Part shown: piece by piece, positions 58,024 to 64,000 of the stretch
Layout of the letters: each line of letters begins with the position of its first letter
Numbering within the stretch: the first letter of the stretch is position 1
Origin: Candidatus Latescibacterota bacterium
Lineage (GTDB): Bacteria > Latescibacterota > UBA2968
Reading direction: 5' to 3'
DNA: 64,000 nucleotides
NCBI GenBank assembly: GCA_965222605.1
Contig: OZ244960.1
Location: 5,312,001-5,376,000, forward strand
Made by a program: the position numbers and the translations under genes
The notes under the pieces: generated by a model
What the model was told of the DNA's origin: nothing
Seen by the model: the letters and a program-made list of their open reading frames with translations, nothing else
Databases searched by the model: none

Positions 58024-58059
58024 GAACCGGCTCATTATCACAGGGGCCGGTTTCTTTTT
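58024..58059 (+). terminator. Probable intrinsic terminator
   Basis: GAACCGGCTC...GGGGCCGGTTTC followed by a T-run. Confidence 0.55.
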
Positions 58060-58195
58060 GGCGGCACAGGACAGGTGCTAGGAGACAAATGCCGCGCAGC
58101 GATTGTGCCAAGATGCATATAAGTCATATTCTATACAGGGTTTTAAGTGCTTGTTGCAGTTTTGGTTGGATGGGACCTAAGAAGCTAGGGCATCC

Positions 58196-59077
58196 TCATT
58201 TCTCCGGATGTGCTGATTTCGCAGATTTATGGAAAGTGGGGGACAGATTCCGCTTGGTCAGATTAATCAGATCCTCCACGTCTAATAGTATCACGAAATC
58301 TTTAGCAGTATCGTATGCACCTTGGGTAAAACCTGAGAGTCCCACAATAATTCCAAAATCGGCCCTTTCGAGAGCGATCGTATCAATCATTTCTCTAACT
58401 ATAGCAGGTCCAACCGGACGAGTATGATGTTTGCACTGTACTATAATTTTTCTTTCATCTTCGTCAGAGAGAATTACATCTACACCGCTATCTCCTGTTG
58501 CCTTTGTTGCCTGTGAGTTGAAACCCATCCGAAGAAATAATCTCGCAACCTCTATTTCAAATTCTCGCCACGATAGATTCCTCCAAAAGGATATAAGGCT
58601 ACGCTCATAAGCTCGAATGGCTTGGGCGTAAGCAACACATTTCTGTAAGTGTGGTGAACGTTCTAAAATAACACGCTCCACAACATTGGTCACCCACATG
58701 AAAAGGAAGATTCCGGGAAGAAATCCTATGAATGCAATAATGAGTATGATGTAGAGTTCTAAAAGAAATGCTATCAGTAATCCAATTAACACGAGAAATC
58801 CGATAATTTTCGGAGTTGCCCTTGCTCGTTCTTTAAGGTCCGATAATTCTCGGAAGTGGCTGGGTGCCAAGTCGAAATCTCGCATTTTGGGTTTATCTCC
58901 TAGGAACTCTTCACACTTTTTTGACTTCTCGTTTAGGAATTCAAAAAACTCCAGTGAACAGTACTTCCCAACATGATTTGCCAAGGACGCATTCAAATAG
59001 AACTTGTGAATATCATCCTTCGAGGCATTAGGGCCAGCCTGACGCTCAGCCAGGTTGTAATTTTGCAGTGCTCTCAT
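58196..59077 (-). CDS. Membrane-anchored Mrr-like restriction endonuclease; 5' end separated by an IS
   Basis: Two TM segments; 'WREFE..VA.LF...GF...T..TGD.GVD.....IVQCK'; original start at 60487. Confidence 0.85.
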   Translation of the reverse strand: MRALQNYNLAERQAGPNASKDDIHKFYLNASLANHVGKYCSLEFFEFLNEKSKKCEEFLGDKPKMRDFDLAPSHFRELSDLKERARATPKIIGFLVLIGLLIAFLLELYIILIIAFIGFLPGIFLFMWVTNVVERVILERSPHLQKCVAYAQAIRAYERSLISFWRNLSWREFEIEVARLFLRMGFNSQATKATGDSGVDVILSDEDERKIIVQCKHHTRPVGPAIVREMIDTIALERADFGIIVGLSGFTQGAYDTAKDFVILLDVEDLINLTKRNLSPTFHKSAKSAHPEK

Positions 59078-59081
59078 GAGT

Positions 59082-60467
59082 CAATACTTCGGACAGTTTT
59101 GAGTAAAAAAAGAATAGACAAAAAAGTGCCGTTCACGCAGATTGGATGTCAAAGATATTCCAGATCACTGACAACCCAAACGAGTGAGACGGCACCATGG
59201 CAATCGCAGAAAAGATACTCAATCGGCTCAACATTTCCAAGCCCCAAAAAAAGTTTCTCATGACCCTATTTACTACCATACTGATTGCACGGGGTAAAAT
59301 CAATTTTCGCAACCTGTCACGGTATTCTCACCTTTGCGAACGCACCTACACCCGTCAGTTTGACAAGCCCTTTCGATTTATGGATTTCAACCGTGCCATC
59401 ATCAATGAAAGCAGAGACCAAGACCAAGCACATGGGCGTATTCTGGTCTTAGATGCCTCCTTTGTGCCCAAGTCAGGCAAAAAGACCTATGGCCTGGATC
59501 ACTTTTGGAATGGCTGCCAGTCACGTCGAGAAAAAGGCTTAGAAATCTTGGGAATTGCCCTTGTGGATGTGGACAAAAATACGGGTTTTACCCTCTCCGT
59601 TGCTCAAACCGCACCTAAAGCGGACACCAAGAAGGCGCAAAAAACGACTGTCACAAAGGCGAATAAGAACACCGAAACAGCCGATGAAACCCGAATAGAT
59701 CAGTATTTAGCGCACCTTCGAGAGGTCCACCCTTGCCTCGAAGCCGATGAAACCTATCTGTGTGTGGATGGCTATTTTAGCAAGAAGAAATTCATTGATG
59801 GCGTCACCAACCTCAAGCTACACCAAATCGGCAAACTGCGATGCGATGCCAATATGCGCTATCTTTACACAGGCCCCAGGCGGGAAAAAGGCAGTGGCAA
59901 CCAAAAGACGTACGATGGCAAAGTTGTCTAACAGGACGTATCGCGCTTCACCTACCATCACACACAAGATGGCATTGCACTTTATAGTTTGGTGCTGAAT
60001 CATCAATGCTTCAAACGCAATGTCAAAGTCGTCGTCCTGGTCAATGAGAAGATCAAAGATAAGAAAAATTATGCCCTCTTGTTTTCTACCGATAAGAACT
60101 TGGATGCAAAAACAATCCTCACGTATTACAAAGCGCGATTCCAGATTGAATTTATTTTTCGAGATGCCAAACAGTTTACAGGCTTGTCTGACGCTCAGAC
60201 AAGAGATAAGAAACGCCTTGATTTCCATTTCAATGCATCTCTTTCAACCCTCAATTTAGCCAAAGTAGAGCACATAAAAGCCGATTGCGATACCCTGCCA
60301 AACCCTTTTTCTATGGCAAGCATTAAAGCCTGTTATTTCAACACATTTTTCCTCGAAAAGATTTTTTCAATGTTTGATCTCGACCTTAATTGCATAAAAA
60401 AATCGTCTCAATATCAATATCTACTCAATTATGGCAATATCGCCGCTTAAAACTGTCCGAACCATTG
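59082..60467 (+). mobile_element. IS4-superfamily (IS701/ISH3-like) insertion sequence, 1386 bp
   Basis: IRs CAATACTTCGGACAGTTTTGAG / CTTAAAACTGTCCGAACCATTG; 6-bp TSD ATGAGT at 59076-59081 and 60468-60473. Confidence 0.92.
59197..60450 (+). pseudogene. DDE transposase with one in-frame TAA (59929-59931)
   Basis: 'LDASFVPKSGKKT', 'VDGYF', 'YKARFQIEFIFRDAKQ'; both ORFs in the same frame. Confidence 0.9.
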
Positions 60468-60544
60468 ATGAGTTGGGTTTTATTCATAATATCGCTCGTT
60501 GTAGGGTGTGGCTACGCCATGCTATGCGTACGACTCGCGGCCGT

Positions 60545-61318
60545 TTACTCAGGGAGGAGATGACGTCTGTCAGATGGCAAGTGATCTTTTAGTACCCGCA
60601 GATGTCTCTTGATTTGTTCTGCTAATTGAGCGTACAGAGGGAATGTGGTACCCTTTGCTTTGTACTCGACGACTAAAAGCCTGCGCTCTCGATGTTCTGG
60701 CGTTACCGATCCGCCGTGGACGACTAGGCCTGAAAGTAGGGAGACCTGTCCCTGTTTTGCAAAAACTGGGATGGGATCTGCGTATTTGAGATCGGGTGGT
60801 ACTTGCTTGAGTTCGTTGTTGTTGTCGTGTGGATGATCGTCCATGTAGCGCATTACCTACAAGTGACTGCCAGGGCGGTAGTACAATGGACAATTGTCGG
60901 CCTGGACATCGGTCAGCCACACGAAAAAGCTACTGGGCATGGCAACGGGTGTGATCTGGGCAGAGGAAGTTCCGCATTTGAAATCAACGTGTTCCGGCTC
61001 GAGTTCTGCCTGCGCGTTGGGCCTGGGTTTTGTCACGCGCAGAGATACCAACGTCAGTTCGACGGCCTCCGCCCGCAAGATTGTCCTGGAAACATCTTCG
61101 AAGAATGGATCATAGACAAGTCTCAATAGTTCAGGTTGGAGGACGTCGCCCTTATACCATCCAAAAGAATCCCCTCGCCCTTCAGGGACGATATCAGCGT
61201 CATCGATTGCGTCGATGGCTTCATTCGCAGCATTGAGCAATGCGCGAGGAAAATTCGGTGACAAGGTCACAAGACCATCTTCCTGAAATCGCTCAATATC
61301 GGTTTGATCAATGCTCAT
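60545..61318 (-). pseudogene. Phytanoyl-CoA dioxygenase family gene with an in-frame TAG (60857-60859)
   Basis: 'FQEDG', 'HVD', 'PGSHL*VMRY', 'VHGGS...RR'; both ORFs in the same frame. Confidence 0.85.
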
Positions 61319-61341
61319 GCTTTACATTTCCTGTGACACTG

Positions 61342-61797
61342 TCAGGTAATATCTCCCAAGTATATGGGGGGTGCCCCGGGTTCAGAGTCAAGATAATTGA
61401 GTAAGGGCTTAGGATAAAATCTCAGGTTCTTAAGTTCACTAATGCTCATCCATTTCACCCCAACCTGCATCGGATCTCCCGCTGGGGCTTCGGAGGCATT
61501 ATATCCTTCATCAACTGAACATCGGAAGATGAAGTCAATTAAATGGACACCCTTTGTCCAGGAGTCGGCGTGATTGTCAGTGATATATTCTCGAACAAAG
61601 TTTAAACCTTCAACTGTGACGTCAGCACCTATTTCTTCCTGGCATTCTCGCTTGAGAGCATCTATAAGTGTCTCTTTTCCGGGTTCCAGGCCTCCCCCCG
61701 GCAGAATGTACCAAAGCCCCTTGTCATCGCTATTCTCAGTAACGAGAATTTGGTCGCCTCTCTGGATCAGAGCCTTGGCCGCATTTCGCAAGTTCAT
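61342..61797 (-). CDS. NUDIX hydrolase
   Basis: Nudix box 'PGGGLEPGKETLIDALKRECQEEIG'. Confidence 0.92.
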   Translation of the reverse strand: MNLRNAAKALIQRGDQILVTENSDDKGLWYILPGGGLEPGKETLIDALKRECQEEIGADVTVEGLNFVREYITDNHADSWTKGVHLIDFIFRCSVDEGYNASEAPAGDPMQVGVKWMSISELKNLRFYPKPLLNYLDSEPGAPPIYLGDIT

Positions 61798-62051
61798 AAT
61801 AGATACCTCAAGCGAATTTCGACTACGCTCAGCACGCGCACGCCATGTCGATATCCAAGCCCGATATATTGATGAGCGAATATCCCTCTCAAGCACGTTC
61901 TATATTCTTGATAACCGTTTAGAAAGGGGAAATTCGCCGCGCGTCAATGCTCGATCCAATTCTTGAAATCTCTTCAGTAGTCTTTGTCTTTGACAATCTC
62001 GACGTCAAAGGCATTATCATTTACCGAAAGAGAACCGCGCATTTGTATCGT

Positions 62052-62351
62052 TTAGACCGGGTGCATCTGGACTTCTTGATCCAGTCTGTCAGCTAAGGCT
62101 TCAAGCGTCGTTTCGAGTTCATACCGCGTTTGAAGATTCATCCAGAATTGTGCTTCCATCCTAAAAAAACGACCCAGCCGTAAAGCCGTGTCTGCCGTGA
62201 TCCCTCGTTTACCATGCACAATTTCATTGATGTGACGCGGTGGCACACTGATTGCCTGAGCCAAATGATATTGACTGATCTGCATGGGCTTGAGAAAATC
62301 CTCGAACAGGATTTCACCTGGATGGATTGGTGGAAAATCGCGTTTGGTCAT
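62052..62351 (-). CDS. higA: HigA family antitoxin
   Basis: 'IHPGEIL.EDFL.P', 'INEIV.GKR.ITADTALRL.RFF', 'FWMNLQ'. Confidence 0.95.
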   Translation of the reverse strand: MTKRDFPPIHPGEILFEDFLKPMQISQYHLAQAISVPPRHINEIVHGKRGITADTALRLGRFFRMEAQFWMNLQTRYELETTLEALADRLDQEVQMHPV

Positions 62352-62362
62352 ATAGTCTCACC

Positions 62363-62410
62363 TCAATGATAATCAACGATCTCGACATCAAAGGCATTAT
62401 CATTACGCCA
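62363..62410 (-). pseudogene. HigB toxin C-terminal remnant
   Basis: 'WRNDNAFDVEIVDYH*' directly upstream of higA; the phoD stop follows immediately. Confidence 0.8.
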
Positions 62411-62411
62411 C

Positions 62412-63755
62412 TCACTTCAGATCACTTTCTTGCAACACGTATTTGATCTGTACATTCCCATCTTTATCGATGATTTTCATGTTTAGCTGGCGGTTTCCTT
62501 TGGGGCCTGAGAAAATGAGCATCCCGAAGTTGAAACCGGGATAGACTGTTGCAATACTCTGCGGGTTTCCGCGCCAGCCCGAGCGGGGTCTCTGGACGAT
62601 TGGGTCTGTCCTGACGGCGGCGTTGGAACTGAGTAATTCAAAGAGGGGATAGGTGTCTTGTCCCTCGCGATAGAGGCGGTTGAGTGTCCCAACGTGCCAA
62701 TCGCCCGCGATGAAGACGACGCCAGTGATGGCTTCGGAAAACATCCATTTCAGGAAGTCATCTCGCTCTGTGCCGAAATTGTCCCAGCGTTCGCCATTTG
62801 TGGTGAAGTCAACGACCATGCTATTTCCGTTGGCGATCACTTTGAACGTCGCCGTGCTCGCTTTCAGGGACGCTTTCAGCCAGTCGATCTGGCCCTGTCC
62901 GAACATGGTCTTGCGGTCTTCCGCCTCGTTTGGGTCCCGATGATACCGGTCGTCGAGCATGAAGAATTCGACATCGGAGATTCGAAACTTGTGGAAGATT
63001 CCCTTTGTCTGGGATGTGCCGCCGCCCGAATTTGGCCAATACCGTCGATACAGCTCAAGGGTCTCTTCTCGATAGGAGAATGTGCGATCGGAGTTGTTGG
63101 GGCCATAGTCGTGGTCGTCCCAGATCCCATAGCTGGGCGTCGTTGCCATGAGTGCTCTGATTTCTGGTACATGTCGCACTTCCCGATGATATCCGGCCAT
63201 TGCGTAGCGAACTGGATCCGGATCCTCGCCGTAGTGACTGGATCGTCCCGGCATGTAGTTGATGTCGCCGATAAAGAGAAATGCGTTTGGGCGGTGCTGT
63301 AAGACTTCTGAAAATGCAGGTTGCATGGGCTGTGTTCCCGGGTTTAGACAGGATCCGAATCCCACTGAAAAATCCGCGACGTAGGTTGAGTCATTCCGCC
63401 GCGGCTGCATCGCGGGCATTGTTCGGAATACCTGGGGAGCAAGTGCCCTTACCTGTTTTCCATTTACCAAAATCGCGTAGTGAACCCTCGTGTTCTGCAC
63501 AAGTCCGTTCAGTGTCACCGTGCCAGTGTGGGGATAGCTCTCTGAGGTCATGGTCTCGACTGCTGCGCGGGTAATCGTCATTGCTCTGCCCGTCTGTGTC
63601 CAGTAATCTACGGTGACCTTCGCTGGCGCGTCTGTCTCTACCCAGATTATCGCCGATGATGTCGTCGTGTGGCTTATCATCGGACCTGCAAGTAGTTCTG
63701 CGGCCATCATTCGTGTTGGAATAAGCATCAGTACCGTCAGGATCAAAATTCTCAT
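62412..63755 (-). CDS. phoD: PhoD-family alkaline phosphatase/phosphodiesterase
   Basis: Signal peptide; 'FGSC', 'GD..Y', 'IWDDHDYG.N', 'LD.R..R', 'GDWH'. Confidence 0.9.
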   Translation of the reverse strand: MRILILTVLMLIPTRMMAAELLAGPMISHTTTSSAIIWVETDAPAKVTVDYWTQTGRAMTITRAAVETMTSESYPHTGTVTLNGLVQNTRVHYAILVNGKQVRALAPQVFRTMPAMQPRRNDSTYVADFSVGFGSCLNPGTQPMQPAFSEVLQHRPNAFLFIGDINYMPGRSSHYGEDPDPVRYAMAGYHREVRHVPEIRALMATTPSYGIWDDHDYGPNNSDRTFSYREETLELYRRYWPNSGGGTSQTKGIFHKFRISDVEFFMLDDRYHRDPNEAEDRKTMFGQGQIDWLKASLKASTATFKVIANGNSMVVDFTTNGERWDNFGTERDDFLKWMFSEAITGVVFIAGDWHVGTLNRLYREGQDTYPLFELLSSNAAVRTDPIVQRPRSGWRGNPQSIATVYPGFNFGMLIFSGPKGNRQLNMKIIDKDGNVQIKYVLQESDLK

Positions 63756-63779
63756 TTCTCCTCCTCTTTAAAGGCTTTA

Positions 63780-64000
63780 ACGCGATGTGTGACTTCAAAA
63801 TTTTACGAGACCGTCAAAATCCAGCGGGTCTCTGTAATTGATAATATTGAGAAAGACACACATGGTATGGGTTAAGATTTTGGTATGCCACAGGTTCAAT
63901 AAGTGCCATGCATCTCGCACTTTCATGCGGGCAATATGTAAACGTTCTGTCAATTGTGCATAAACGGTTTCGACTAATCGCCTTGTGGCTTTCTTCGCTT
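63780..64000 (-). mobile_element. IS982-family element: transposase C-terminus (stop 63795-63797) and right end; truncated by the window edge
   Basis: Hand translation 'RRLVETVYAQLTERLHI...RDAWHL...KILTHT...FLN...PLDF'; terminal ACGCGATGTG. Confidence 0.8.

Noticed and set aside
23335-60859. Three in-frame stops (TAA 23335, TAA 59929, TAG 60857) suggesting stop-codon reassignment
   Set aside because: TAA, TAG and TGA all terminate conserved genes normally (dnaK TAA, sucC TAG); these cases are isolated pseudogenes.
60500-61835. REP-like fragments (GTAGGGTGTGGC near 60500; TTCGACTACGCTCAGC near 61818)
   Set aside because: Single degenerate copies that cannot be confirmed without a genome-wide search.

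Overview
Bacterial chromosomal window, roughly half GC by eye with lower-GC accessory patches. The gene content (five phytanoyl-CoA dioxygenase loci, sulfatases, a heparinase, an EF-hand/dockerin-type fragment, many TA modules) resembles Latescibacterota/Poribacteria-like host-associated genomes; this is inference only. Core genes include sucC, fmdB-dnaK, transaldolase, polyprenyl synthase, Hrq/MrfA and XPB-like helicases, an M16 peptidase and a BamA-like/DUF4390/NtrY-like operon. Accessory cassettes are interleaved: a PHP+ABC-ATPase (Ppl/TrlF-like) coupled to a Schlafen/AlbA_2-HATPase gene, an AAA_21+TOPRIM pair, AbiJ-like and Mrr-like genes, several TA pairs and orphan antitoxins. Mobile DNA comprises a 299-bp protein-less IS200/IS605-type element with its own promoter and a structured omega-RNA-like body, an IS4-superfamily element with a 6-bp TSD that cuts the Mrr-like gene, and the end of an IS982. 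The most striking pattern is that several cassettes sit at the start of a core gene and are preceded by a decayed duplicate of that gene's RBS/5' end (fmdB, SH3 gene, DUF5069 gene). No rRNA, tRNA or CRISPR array was recognised. All family calls come from motif recognition by eye, not database searches.
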